Notes: a model not told the origin generated them from the sequence alone. DNA of 64,000 nucleotides from Octopus bimaculoides (GCF_001194135.2 NC_068982.1:28797349-28861348); one strand, 5' to 3'. Numbered from the stretch's first letter, positions 39,225-51,637 are shown. Numbers and translations: made by a program.

Positions 39225-40890
39225 ATATAAATGTGCATAAAAATATTCAAGAGTATTCAATTACGCCACCGACTAAAGTTAGATTAATCAAACCATTTCT
39301 GTTAAGGACTAGTTTGTGACTGATTTATGTAGCAATTACAATGAGCTTCTCGTCGAGGGCAGATGGGTGGCGTATGTTTGCTTCTGCAGATAAGCCAGCG
39401 AGCCATGAATCCTGCTTGGACAATTTCTTTATTCTTCTGTGGACAAAGAGAATAATATATTATATTTAACGATGCACGGCGTAGGTGTAGTTTAACAATC
39501 TGAAATTTCACCTAAGTATTAATTTAATAATGTGAAATTTCATTTAAATACTAGTTTGTAACTTACTTATAGAGCGATTGCTATGAAGTTTTTGTCCTAG
39601 GTATTTTGTTCCTTGTATCTACTGTCGTGAATTGAAATATATCTAGTGTCAACTTCACCTTTAAAACTATTTGATAAAATACACACCAGTCACTTATTCG
39701 GCCAATGCTTGGTCATAATGTGGGGACAGGGGACAAATTACCACGTCTAATAAGTGTGGTGATTCTAAGCCTTTTAAAATTTTACTTCACAGCATGGCAA
39801 AGAAAGAACAGTTTTATGTATGCAAATTCTATTTCGTTTCTTCATTAATAAAGAGGGTAGGTGAACGAGAGAGAAAAATGTCTTCACTAATGTTTTGGCG
39901 CAGGATAGGATTTGTCAATTCCAGATTAAGTCACATAGTTATATTTTTTTCTTTTTAATGTTTTTCGACTTGTATCAAATGGTTGGCAGAATCGATAAAG
40001 CAACAGAAAAAATGCTTCGCGTTGTGTGTTTGCCTACAGTTCATTAAACTCTAATATCAGATTCCGGTGAGACCCTTCTGTTATTCATTTAGTACTAGTA
40101 TCAATCTAATTGGTTATACACAACGCCTGCATTTGAAGTCTTGTACCTATATATGAAACCACTATTATTACAACCTGGGTTTTGCAGTGAGTTGGTAGCA
40201 AAATAGAGTAGCGATCAAATGTCCCACAGCATTTGGCTTCGGCTACTCAAATCTCTCCAATTATGCTTTCCCAGCCCCGGGTTTAATCGAATATGTACTA
40301 TAAATACTATAGGGTCGATTTATTGGCTATATCCTCACCCTCGAATTATTTAGCTATAAGCAAAAGCAACAAACAAAACGACATTCTTGTACTTTGACCA
40401 TATAGCTGAAATAATTTTCAATGGTTTGTAGGTGTGTTAGTAGGCCAGTAACTACTAGCAGAGCATCTAATTGTTACTACCTGGCCTATTTAGTATGGTT
40501 GTTGCGTCAACTCAACGCCGTTTTCAAAAGTGTCTGAAATATGATATAGGCCACACACGAACTGGGTTGATGGATATACTACACATTGATGTGTGTACTT
40601 GATAGATGTGCTTTAATCTGGTTCTCGTTTCGTTTGTGCTAATATATGAATCGATATCTCATATACACTGGCTACTTGAAAGAGCTCATATGTACATATT
40701 TTAGTATTTTAAGCATAGTAAGATTGTGAATTATATTTTTATGTGTCTCACGCATTTAAAAGAAATTGTAAAATTAATACCCAGGAGTGTAACAAAATAG
40801 TACTAGTAAGGAAACTAATTCTTCAATTTCTAACTGAAGGAGACAGAAGTAAAAAAAATGGGGAAGGTTGTTAAAAGGAGAGAAGCTATA

Positions 40891-41108
40891 CGACGGTGTG
40901 CTGAAAAGTTCCTGGCTTTGGCTAAAAGAAAATAGAGAAGGTTCAGTTAATTATGATTCTACTCAACATATTCCCTTCTCCGATTCACCCACTTATTGCA
41001 ACAGCCCTTCATTTTGTTCTAATCCTTGTAAAAGAACTCTGAAGGTTGAGCTTCCAAACAAGTCTTTTGTGATTCCCTTAAAGCCAGGAACTTTTCAGCA
41101 CCCCCTCG
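40891..41108 (-). mobile_element. Mariner-derived MITE (218 bp), TA TSD
   Basis: TIR CGA(C/G)GG(T/G)GTGCTGAAAAGTTCCTGGCTTT, 29 bp with 2 mismatches; TA at 40889-40890 and 41109-41110. Confidence 0.9.
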
Positions 41109-41414
41109 TATATGTAACATTATGAAAAAAAATGAAGTGTTAAGAGGTGAGTCAATGTAATAGCAAATTAAATGCTAGAAAAAGTTATGTTTGTAAGATT
41201 ATTTACATATAGATGTCTGGTTCGCTTAATGAAAAAAAGATGGGGATTCGACGAAATATAGAGGTTGACGTAATGTGTTTTATATCAACTAATCTGAAGT
41301 CACAGGAGATCTCAATGACTTGGTGGTCCTAAATATTTTAAAATCTCTATAAACCAGATTTCCGTATGTTTTGTTGAATGGCGAGAATTTAGTAATGACA
41401 TTTTTTTAATTATT

Positions 41415-42070
41415 TGGTAGAATCGTCAGCACGCCAGGCAAAAATGATTAGTTGCATTTCGTCCGTCCTCATGTTCTAAGTTCAAATTCCGCCGAGGTCG
41501 ACTTAGCCTTTCATCATTACGGGATCGATAAAAATAGATACCAGTGAAACACTGGGCTCGATGTGTTCGACTAGTCTCCTCCCCCGAAATTCCAGGCCTT
41601 GTGCCTATAGTAGAAGGAACTATTATTATTATTAAGGCGGCGAGCTGGCAGGAGCTTTAACACGCCGGGCTTAGCGGTATTTCGTCTGTCGCTACGTTCT
41701 GAGTTCAAATTTCGCCGAGGTCGATTTTGCATTCCATCCTTTCGGGGGTCGATTAAATAGGTGCCAATTATACACTGGGATCGATGTAACCGATTTAATC
41801 CCTTCCCCCAAATTTCAGGCCTTGTGCCTATAGTAGAAAGGATTATTATTATTAAGAAGAAGACGGTGAGCTGGCAGAATCGTTAGCGCGCCGTGCAAAG
41901 TGCTTAGCAGCATTTCGTCTGTCGCTACTCTACGTTCTGAGTTCAAATTCCGCCGAAGTCGACTTTGCCTTCCATCCTTTCAGAGTCGACAAATCAAGTG
42001 GCAGTGAAACACTGGGGGCGATGTTATCAACTAGTCCCTTCCTACCAGATTTCAGGCCTTCTGTCTTTAG
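41415..42070 (+). mobile_element. Head-to-tail array of three SINE D copies
   Basis: Heads at ~41415, 41635 and 41861, separated by (ATT)n tails. Confidence 0.9.
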
Positions 42071-42854
42071 TTGTTCAGACCCAGTTTTGGTAGTAATCTA
42101 TACATTCAGGAAGAAGTCACTTGATGGGTATCGGCAATGAAACCGATCCGAATGATACGTATATGTATATATTGGGTTAAAGCATAAACCCGGTGTTATG
42201 GAATTTTTCTAAATAGGCTACAGTCAATTGTATGAACCTTAGTTTTTTGATACTGTATTTCATCGGCCGTTGACAGGATGAAAACAAACACGACCGTGGT
42301 AGGTTTCGAACTCAGGACTGAATCGGCCGGTACTTAAATGATTCTGTCCCATGTTTTGTAAATATTAATGAATGGTTCATCCCCCATGTTATATAAATAT
42401 TCATGAATGGTTCATCTTTAAAAATTAGGTTAATCACCCGATCTTACATATTTAGTTAATTATATAATTGCGTGTATTTTTTCGTGAATGTTTGTGAATG
42501 TGTGCCCATGTATGTATACACACACAAATACACATTTATAAAAAGTCAATTACTTCAGCTTATGGAAAGATATAGCGTATATTTTAGCCTATTAACATTA
42601 TTGTCATTCATCAATGTTGTTATTATTGTTGCTGTTAATGTTTTTATTTTATACGCACGTCATTCTTAAATCGGCAGGGTTATAAATGGAAGCATTCATA
42701 ACCGTGACGAGGTCATGATTTAGACAGTTTATATTAAACCCCATTATCTAATATCCTTTTATTACAAGACAATACAGTGTGATCTGAGAGAGAGATTTCG
42801 TTCCCAGTTTTAGATCGAGTAACGACATTGAAGTTTTCTTATTAGTTTTTGTAA

Positions 42855-43436
42855 AGATTCGTTGATGTTAAAAGTAGTAAAGCGCCAAAGTTATTTGCAA
42901 AGTTCGTTATCTCTATGTTCTGAGTTCAAATTCTGACGAAATCAGCTTCAATTGTTGTTAGTAAAGTAGAGCTGTTCACGACTCGCAAGAAATAACTTGC
43001 GGTTTTAGTTTCGACAACTAAGAGCGTTGATTTTTCATTTTACCTTCTGGAGTCAATGAAATACAGTAACAGTTGTGAGATTGATTTAATCAAGTAACCA
43101 TTCCCCTTAGAATTGTTGGACTTGTCGTTATTTAACAATTATTAAGGATAGCGGGTTAGCAGAATTGTTAGAACCTTGCGCTGTGTAACTTTGGCTATTT
43201 ACTTTTTTGGTTTAAATGCTACTGAGGCATCCCCTGGATTCGATAAAATAAAGGACCAGTCAGGTACTGAGGTAGCTATAATCAACCGTTCCCTCTCCCA
43301 CACGTTTCTGGTCTTGTGTTTAATATAAAAACTATTAGACAGTCGACTGGAAGAATTTGCTAGGGCATCAAAAAGATGCTATGCAGTATTTATTCTAGTT
43401 CTTTAACTTCTGAGTTAACTAGTTCTTTAACTTCTG
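42855..43436 (+). mobile_element. Degenerate SINE D array (~3 units), last unit interrupted by the RTE LINE
   Basis: Residual gttctgagttcaaattc, gataaaata…accagt and attaag linkers; resumes at 46002-46066. Confidence 0.6.
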
Positions 43437-46001
43437 CACCCCAGATCCGAACACTGACACCTGATTGACTATGTCATCACACACGCTCGAACCTGCAGGA
43501 TGTGGAAATCACCAGAGTTATGCACGGTACCAACTGTTGGACCGACCATCGCTCGGTCCAATTTCGGCTACGCTTGCGAATTCGTCCTCCTATCCGCAAC
43601 CAAAAGCTTAAGCAGAAGCTAAATGTTGGAAACCTGCAATCGCGTGAAGCCCGCCAGAGACTGGCAGTAAGACTGGAACAGTAGTTTGCCGAACTCCCTG
43701 ATGTCGGGACCGGACCAAATGATGGACAAACTCTGACGTCAGAGTGGGACACTCTAGCAACCACTATCACTAACGCTGCCAAAGATATACTTGGTGTTCT
43801 GAATAGACGTCATCAGGACTAGTTTGATGACAACTCGACGGAGATCCACTCGCTCCTACGTGAGAAGAATGCTGCACACAGTAGACATCTCCGTCAACCA
43901 ACAGCAGCCAACAACAGACATTGAGTAAGCCTCCGTTTTAAGGTCCAGCGAAAACTTACGACAATGCAGAACTGGTGGAAGACTAAAGCACAAGAAATAC
44001 AAGGCTATGCTGACAAACAACATCCAAGCTTTCTAAGAATTCATAAAGACTGCATACGGTCCACTTAGAGGATCCTTCTACCTCGTATGGAACAATGATT
44101 CAACATCACTCATCAAGGACCGAGATGGCATTCTGTCACGATGGGATGAGCATTTCAACATCATCCTCAACCGTAGAAACCCCATAGAAACCCCTTCTTT
44201 TCTTGACAACATCCCTTCACTGCCACTCATCGATTGTCTAGATGATACACCAACCTTTGGAGAAACTGAATCTGTGATAAATGGCCTCAAGTTGAACAAG
44301 GCATCCGGCATTGACCATCTGCCAGCCGAGATCTTGAGATATGACGGCCGGTCCCTCAAAACCTGTATCCATGATTTCATCTACAGACCATGGACTTCCC
44401 ACTGCGTGCTTCAACAACGGAAAGATGCCAACATTGTTGCCATATATAAAAACAAAGGTGACAGAGCAGGCGGTAGAAATAGCCGAGACATCTTGATTTC
44501 ACTTGCTGGTAAGGTCCTTGCTCGAGTCCTCCTATCACGCCTTCTGAGGCATGTGGCCCATGTTGCAGTGCCTGAAACCCAATGTGGTTTCCGAAGCATC
44601 CGCTCGACTGTTGACATGGTCTTTGTCGCACGTCTTCTCCAGGAGAAATGCCGTGAACAAAACCACTCCCTTTACATGACTTTTAACCAAAGCCTTCGAC
44701 ACCATTGACCGTGATGTTCTGTGGGAAACCCTGACAAAATTTGGCTGCCCACCAAATTTTCTTGCCATTTTGAAGGACTTACACAACGGAACGATAGCCA
44801 GAGTCGTCTATAAAGGCACCCAGTCTGACTTCTTCCCGTTCCAAGTCGGTGTCAAGCAAGGGTGTGTACTTGCCCCGGTCATCTTTCAACTTCTACATGG
44901 CATCCGTATCCCTCCACGCCAGGCATTCATTGAAGCTGAAAGATGCAATAACTATCAGGTACCGGCCGAATGGCAGCATTTTCAATCTGAGGCGCCTGAA
45001 ATCTGTAACAAAGACGTCATCTCAACACATCTTCGACTTGCAATATGCAGATGATATAGCACTTGTCAGCCATAGCTCTGCTGGCCTTCAAAGTCTCTTG
45101 GACTATATACCAGATGCATACAGCCATGCTGACCTAGACATCAATACCAAGAAGACGGAAATCCTCCAACAGCCTTGTTCCTCCGACACCAACCCATGCG
45201 CCTTCCATGTTGAAGATGCGACAATTGCTAATGTAAACCAATTCACTACCCTGGCTCATTCTTCAACAACACCGTCGATCTGACAGACGATAGTCAGTGC
45301 TGTATTCGTCTTGCCTCTGCTGCGTTTGGTCGGATAAGTACTCGCGCCCTTCTCAACAAAAATATCACCATCAGTTGCTATATGGCTGCGAGTCTTGGGT
45401 GTCCTACCGGCGTCATATCAAGACGCTCGTGCGGTTTCATATCTCTAGCCTTCAACAACTCCTTGGCTTACACAAGGGGAACAGGATCCATCATGCTGAG
45501 ATACGTGACCGAACAAGCAGCCAGTCATTGGAGGTAACCATCGATAACCGCCAACTCAGATGGGCAGGGCATGTCATTCGAATGTCTTCAACTCGATTGC
45601 CCCACTTTGTTATGTACGGTGAACTTGAAGATGGAAGACAGCTGTGTCGGTGGCCAGCACAAGCGCTTTAAAGATCACCTGAAGGCAACGCTGAAAAAGT
45701 GACATATCCCTCCCGACAGTCTCGAATCAATGGCTGCAGATTTCACTAGCTGGTGCGACTCATTCAAGACTAGCACCACCAGAATCCAAGAAGACCTACT
45801 GCAGAGTGAAGTGGCACGCCGCGCCCGGCGGCACGTGCAGAACCTTGGAAGTCAACAGCAGCCAGGCTTTACATGCTCCACCTGCGGACGTATCTGTCTT
45901 TCCAGAATCGGACTTCATAATCATCAGAGGTCACATAACTATAAATGTTGTTCGGGAAAAGTACTCATCGCTTCGCGCTGTTCACGAAATGATGAATGAT
46001 G
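43437..46001 (+). mobile_element. 5'-truncated RTE-clade LINE (end of endonuclease, RT, C-terminal zinc finger), inactivated
   Basis: HLIDYVI, TDHRSV, QCGFRSIRSTVDM, KAFDTIDR, GVKQGCVLAP, QYADDIALV (YADD at 45044-45055), QLRWAGHVIRM and CSTCGRICLSRIGLHNHQRSH; (AATGATG)2 tail; TSD AACTTCTG at 43429-43436 and 46002-46009. Confidence 0.95.
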
Positions 46002-46069
46002 AACTTCTGTGTTCAAATCTCGTTACATCAAATTTGCCTTTCATCCCTTCGGGTAAAAATAATAGTGGC

Positions 46070-46767
46070 TTCAAATGTTGGCCCAAAACCGGCGATTTGG
46101 GGACGTGGGGAGAGTAAGCTGATTACATTGACTCCAATGCTCAACTGGTACTTATTTGATCGGCCTCAGTTCTTAACTGGTAGTTATTTTATCTTCCTGG
46201 AAAGAATGTAAAGCAAACTCAACATCGATGGAATTTGAAGGCAAAGAGCCAGAAGAAATTATGCTAAGCATTTTGTCTGACGCACTAACGATTCTGCCAG
46301 CTCACCACCTTAATAATTTTTTCTAATTTCCACACAATTCCAGCAATTTTAAATTGGTGGGAGTCCATTACAGTGATCCTAGCATTCAGCAGGTACTTTA
46401 TTTTATCGATCCCGAAAGGATGAAAGATAAAGTTAATGTCGGCAGAATTTGAACTCAGTACGTGAAAAAACCGCTAAACGCGAAGAAATGCCGCTAAGCA
46501 TGTTGTCTGTAGCACTAACGGTTCTGCCAGCTTGCTGCTACCGCTAATAATAATAATCCTTTCTACTATAGGCTCAAGGCCTGAAATTTGGGGGAGGGGG
46601 ACATTCGATTACATCGAGCCCTGTGTACTGGTACTTAATTTATCAACCCTGAAAGGATGAAAAGCAAAGTCAACTTCGGCGGAATTTGAACTCAGAACGT
46701 GAAGACGGACGAAATGCCACTAAGCATTTTCTCCGGCGTGCTAAAGATGTTGTCCGCTCGCAGCCTT
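46070..46767 (-). mobile_element. Head-to-tail array of three SINE D copies
   Basis: Units at ~46070-46312, 46320-46545 and 46546-46767 with TAA-rich linkers. Confidence 0.85.
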
Positions 46768-46849
46768 AAAAATTATGGAACGTTTCACAAATTTGTGTGT
46801 AACTTTTGCGCAGGGGTCATGCTAATCTTCTCTGTATCCTCCCAGTTTT
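46768..46849 (-). pseudogene. U6: U6 snRNA pseudogene fragment lacking the 5' stem-loop
   Basis: Minus strand aaaactgggaggatacagagaagattagcatgacccctgcgcaaaagttacacacaaatttgtgaaacgttccataattttt aligns to U6 (ACAGAGA box, AGC triad, 3' U-tract) with about 12 differences. Confidence 0.92.
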
Positions 46850-46879
46850 GTCGATATCCTCGACAACTTTATTTGACTA

Positions 46880-47235
46880 ATTAATCATTTTATCGAATCC
46901 GGAGGGATGAAAGGCAACGATGAGAGCAGCGTGATTTAAAATCAGAGCGTAGAGACGGAGCAAATGTCATGAAGCATTTTGTCCGACACTTTAATGATAC
47001 TACCAATCCACCGCCGTTGATGATAATTGGTTCTAATCTAGGCACAAGGCCAGTAATTTTTGGGGAAGGGATTAATCGATAAACAATTGAACCAGTGCTT
47101 TATTCGTATGTTCTTTTATCAACTCTGCAAGAATGTAAGGCAAAATTGACCTCGGAAAGATTTTAACTCAAAACGTAATGTATCAGAGTTTTGTTCGACG
47201 CTCTACCCATTTTGCTAATCGACTACTCTAATAAT
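46880..47235 (-). mobile_element. Two degenerate SINE D copies
   Basis: Residual core ggatgaaaggcaa / aaggcaaaattgacctcgg and a D3-type tail. Confidence 0.65.
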
Positions 47236-48968
47236 TGTTTTAAGGGAGATTAATCGAAACTAGTGATCCCAAAATTTTATATGTATATGTTATTACTGCT
47301 GTTGTTAATCTTATTGTTATTATTCATATTGTTGCTGTTTTTTGTTTTGCTTTGTTTTCTTTTTTTTCTTCTTCCTGTTGCCGCTGTTTGTGATGAACGG
47401 GTACTTGTAACACAATTTTCTAGGATAAAGTGGATTTTTACTACGTTGACTTGGAAGGAAAAGTTTCTCTGTACTTATTTTATTTTGTACTTTACAGCAT
47501 TTAAGCGTTCATTCCATTGCCTTCGGGCAGGAAAATTGTTTTCTAATTGGCTTGCAAGATTATCGATGCGAAATCATGAATTGAAACATGTTTCATTGTA
47601 TCTCGAGAGGGTCTTTATGCCAATAATAAACACATGCACTGTTTCTTTTTCAAGTCTTAATTTTATTTGTCATTCGTTTAACTATTTTATAATTAAACTA
47701 AATAATCAATCAGTTAATTGGTTAAATAGTTAACCGAATGTCAAATATAGAAATAAAGAAGTGAAATAGAACCAGTACATGTTATTATTATTAGCATAAT
47801 GACCTTCCGAGATAGAACGAAAAATAGTTTCCCTTAGATGTTTAGTATATTTTTGCTAATATTGTTTACTATTTCAACTGAACTAAATCCGGATGAGCCA
47901 GAGAAAACGTGTTAGCTATAAACGTGTTTGCAACAAATGCGCCTCACCGCAAAAAAAACAGAGATTAACAGATAAGAAAAATATATTGAAAAATTCAAAT
48001 TTAGCATACAACAACAGTTCTGAAACAAAGACCTTTATACTTCGACAAGAAAAAACGAGAGGAAATTATAATGCAATGGAAGCGTTAATCTTAACAAAAG
48101 ACAGGATGTATGAGAGAATGTGGGTAGGCTAAAGTTGTTTAGCGAAGAGGATGTATGGTGCATCTCGTTTTAACTGAAACACTAGAAGTCCATGGACACT
48201 TTCAGAATTTACGAGGTTGAAGAATTCAGAGCAGAATTCGGTAAGGAATGGGGCATGGCCGCATCTTAACTAGATTGCGGTTTATCAATCGTGAGTTGGT
48301 TGTCTAAATTTATTTTTTAATTCTTTGTACTAATTTATTATTAGATATATTCTGCTGAATACACGAATAATTTCTAGACTTATCTTATAATTTTATTAAT
48401 CATTTTTTTCTTCGTTCCCGTATAAGTTTCTTGCAGTAAAGCTCCTAAATCCATCATCAATGTTTCTAGACTTTCATCGCAATGAAAAGAAGTTAGTATA
48501 CGTCATTTCCACGTTATGGCTGGGAGGGCCAGTGTCATTGGTGTAGACGTTACAGTCGGAATTTGAAATTTCACTGTTTGTAGACATACATACATGCATG
48601 CGTACATACATTAACATACGCACGTGTGTATGCATGCATGCACAAATGCATGTATGTATATACGTATATATATACGAACAGTAATTTCACAATGTCTCTT
48701 TTTCTGTAAGGCCTTATCCTAATTTTTGGTAACATGCCACAATGCCCCAATCCTCAAAGCCATACCATGTCTGTCTTTGAAAAATACTGTCCTAATGATG
48801 TCACTTTGAAGATTTCAACGGTAAAAAAAAAAATAGTTGTTAACAATCACTAACTTGCTTCATCATTCTTAACCTAACTCCTATTTCTGTCTCAACCAAT
48901 ATGTTGTCTTCGTATAACCAGATGTATTACAAACTTATTCGTATATACCTTTCATATAGTAGATACAG

Positions 48969-49262
48969 TGGAGGTGCAATGGCCCAGTGGTTAGGTCATA
49001 GGATCGCGGTTTCGATTCCCAAACCGGGCGTTGTGAGTGTTTATTGAGCGAAAATACCTAAGCTCCACGAGCCTCCGGCAGCGGGTGGCGGCGACCCCTG
49101 TTGTACTCTTTCGCCCCAACTTTCTCTCACTCTTTCTCCCTGTTTCTTGAGTAACGCTGCGATGGACTGACGTCCCGTCTAGCTGGGGAGAACACATACG
49201 CCATAGAAACCGGGAAACCGGGCCCACGAGCCTGGCTAGTCTTTGAAAGGCGACGTTATAAA
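48969..49262 (+). mobile_element. Mosaic SINE (B head and middle, C tail) with 8-bp TSD
   Basis: 5' part matches 26042-26224, 3' part matches ~18605-18705; TSD AGATACAG at 48961-48968 and 49263-49270. Confidence 0.88.
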
Positions 49263-49739
49263 AGATACAGCTTGGCGAACTCGGACGGAAGAACGTTGCT
49301 GCAACTGACATCAGTAAATGTTCGACTATTTTGGCATAAGAACCAGCTAGAGAATTGAAATTAGAATTTATAAGCACTAATTTGAAATATTATAAAGATG
49401 CCCACAAACAGGATTTACGCGTGTATGATTTACGTATGAAATACTTATGTATATACCACTTGCCCGTAGACATAGTAACGGATTATATTACGGAGCTCGT
49501 GCCATTCCATTTCCTCAATTTTAGACTTTGTAATGTATTTCTGCCAGTTTAACTGTACTAACTAACATTTACAGTGTAATTCCTCAGGCATTTAATGTTA
49601 TATTATATTATCTGCAATGCTTGCTGTAAATCTGCCTCACTTCTTTTAAATGTGAAGTTAACTGTTAGAAAGCACCATTACAGCGGGTGCCGATAAAGTT
49701 TCGTCGACCCAGACTCTATTAGCTTTGGTAAAACCAACG

Positions 49740-49995
49740 TTCTGGGATGTCCCTTCGTCCACCACCACTGCAACCATATTTCTTTCTGCACATTAATGAC
49801 CTACTTGTCGCCTTCCCTAACAATTCAAACTCTTATTCAGTTATTACTATCCTTAACTATTCTGCAGATAACCGTTATCCACATGTAATCTTAGCAACTC
49901 ACGCCTGACGTACAATGCATCTCTGAACAATGACCATGAGAAAATTTTTCAACAGGTACACGATAACCTACTCCCTTTCAACACTTTAGATAAAC
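49740..49995 (+). mobile_element. Decayed CR1/Jockey-group LINE RT fragment
   Basis: SGMSLRPPPLQPYFFLHINDLL…SNSYS…TILNYS and SLNNDHEKI…NLLPFN resemble GVPQGSVLSPTLFLLHINDLL…HSYADDSTL and SLNSDL…NLV.FN. Confidence 0.65.
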
Positions 49996-50129
49996 AATGA
50001 CAACACACATTGAGGCAGCGGTTTTGTGCGACACCTTCTCTAGACATGAACAACGGCACACAAATAAAAATTCAAAGCTGCTATAAATTCTATGTAGCAG
50101 AATTTGTAATTTCTAACCACTACACATAT

Positions 50130-50247
50130 AGGTGCGGGTATAGTCGAATGGTTAAGGAGTTCGCTTGCAACCACGATGTTTCATGTTCGTTCCTGACTAA
50201 TAGCCTTGTGAGTGAATTTGATAGAGGGAAACTGTGGAAATTCCTCG

Positions 50248-50281
<34 letters not shown>

Positions 50282-50520
50282 GCGGGGTATATGTATGTCA
50301 GTTTATGTACATAGATATGTACGTGTTTGTGGCTGTAGGCAGTTGTTGTCTTCACTATTTGACAACCGGTGTAGACACACCCAAAATCAGACGGTTCGGA
50401 AGAATTGATGCATAGAGTAAGTTGCAGATTTAAAATAAGTATTGGGATCGGTTCGATCCACTAACCCCAGAATGTATTACTCCAGCATGGCCTGAGTTCA
50501 ATAATTAGCTCAAATAAAAC
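50130..50520 (+). mobile_element. Old SINE family A copy
   Basis: tRNA-like head, agccttgtgagtgaatttg…ggaaactg, internal (TA)n and an A-type tail. Confidence 0.7.
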
Positions 50521-50915
50521 TCTAAAAGGTACATTTATATATACATATATCTGTGTGTGTGTGTGTGTGTATATATATATGTATATGTATATATGTATAT
50601 GTATATATATATNNNNNNNNNNNNNNNNNNNNNNNNNNNNNNNNNNNNNNNNNNNNNNNNNNNNNNNNNNNNNNNNNNNNNNNNNNNNNNNNNNNNNNNN
50701 NNNNNNNNNNNNNNNNNNNNNNNNNNNNNNNNNNNNNNNNNNNNNNNNNNNNNNNNNNNNNNNNNNNNNNNNNNNNNNNNNNNNNNNNNNNNNNNNNNNN
50801 NNNNNNNNNNNNNNNNNNNNNNNNNNNNNNNNNNNNNNNNNNNNNNNNNNNNNNNNNNNNNNNNNNNNNNNNNNNNNNNNNNNNNNNNNNNNNNNNNNNN
50901 NNNNNNNNNNNNNNN

Positions 50916-51020
50916 GCCTCGGGCCGACTAAAGCCTTGTGAGTGTATTTGGTAGGCGAAAACTGAAAGAAGCCCGTCGTGTATATGTATATATATATATA
51001 TGTATGTGTATATGTGTCTG
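50916..51020 (+). mobile_element. SINE family A internal fragment
   Basis: gcctcgggccgactaaagccttgtgagtg…gaaagaagcccgtcg followed by (TA)n. Confidence 0.8.
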
Positions 51021-51078
51021 GTTCCTGTTAGAAGCCTGCGAAACTTTAAGACGCATAGAACCGAATAAAACTGTTTTA

Positions 51079-51118
<40 letters not shown>

Positions 51119-51422
51119 CAGCATCACAAGTACTAGGTTCCTCCAATAGAGCAGTATAATACTTCAGCCCTAACTCTTTGTGAAGTACGGGGAAGATCTG
51201 AATTAGAACAATGCTTTTGCTTATACTTCTGAACAAATATACATCTCATACTACAGCAAATAGACGGTTGTTCAACTTATTTCGCTTAATCCACTCATCG
51301 ACATACTTCACCAATGACTTCAGAGAAAATATTTATGTCTGTTCGCATCTTCAAAACAGGCTCTGCTATTTCGAAATGGTTATATGAATCGCATCTGCAT
51401 CAGCATCAACCATAGCCTCCAG

Positions 51423-51453
51423 CTTCTTCTTCTTCTTCTTCTTCTTCTTCTTC
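51423..51453. repeat. (CTT)n microsatellite
   Basis: Direct reading. Confidence 0.95.
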
Positions 51454-51637
51454 TCGAGTTATTTTCTGTCTCTTTCCTCCCAGAATCCGCCTGCTACACG
51501 CACACATACTCGCGCGCGCACACACTTGTATACACACGCACATTATACACACACACACACACACACACACATAAATATGCATTTATATCATTTATACAAA
51601 TGTATCGATATATTGGATATATGTAGATGGGTGAGCG

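Noticed and set aside
46768-46849. Functional U6 snRNA gene
   Set aside because: The 5' stem-loop is missing, there are multiple substitutions, and the upstream sequence is SINE rather than a U6 promoter.
47263-47733. 156-aa Leu/Phe-rich ORF as a membrane protein
   Set aside because: It derives from T-rich low-complexity sequence (ttg/tta repeats) and starts at GTG.
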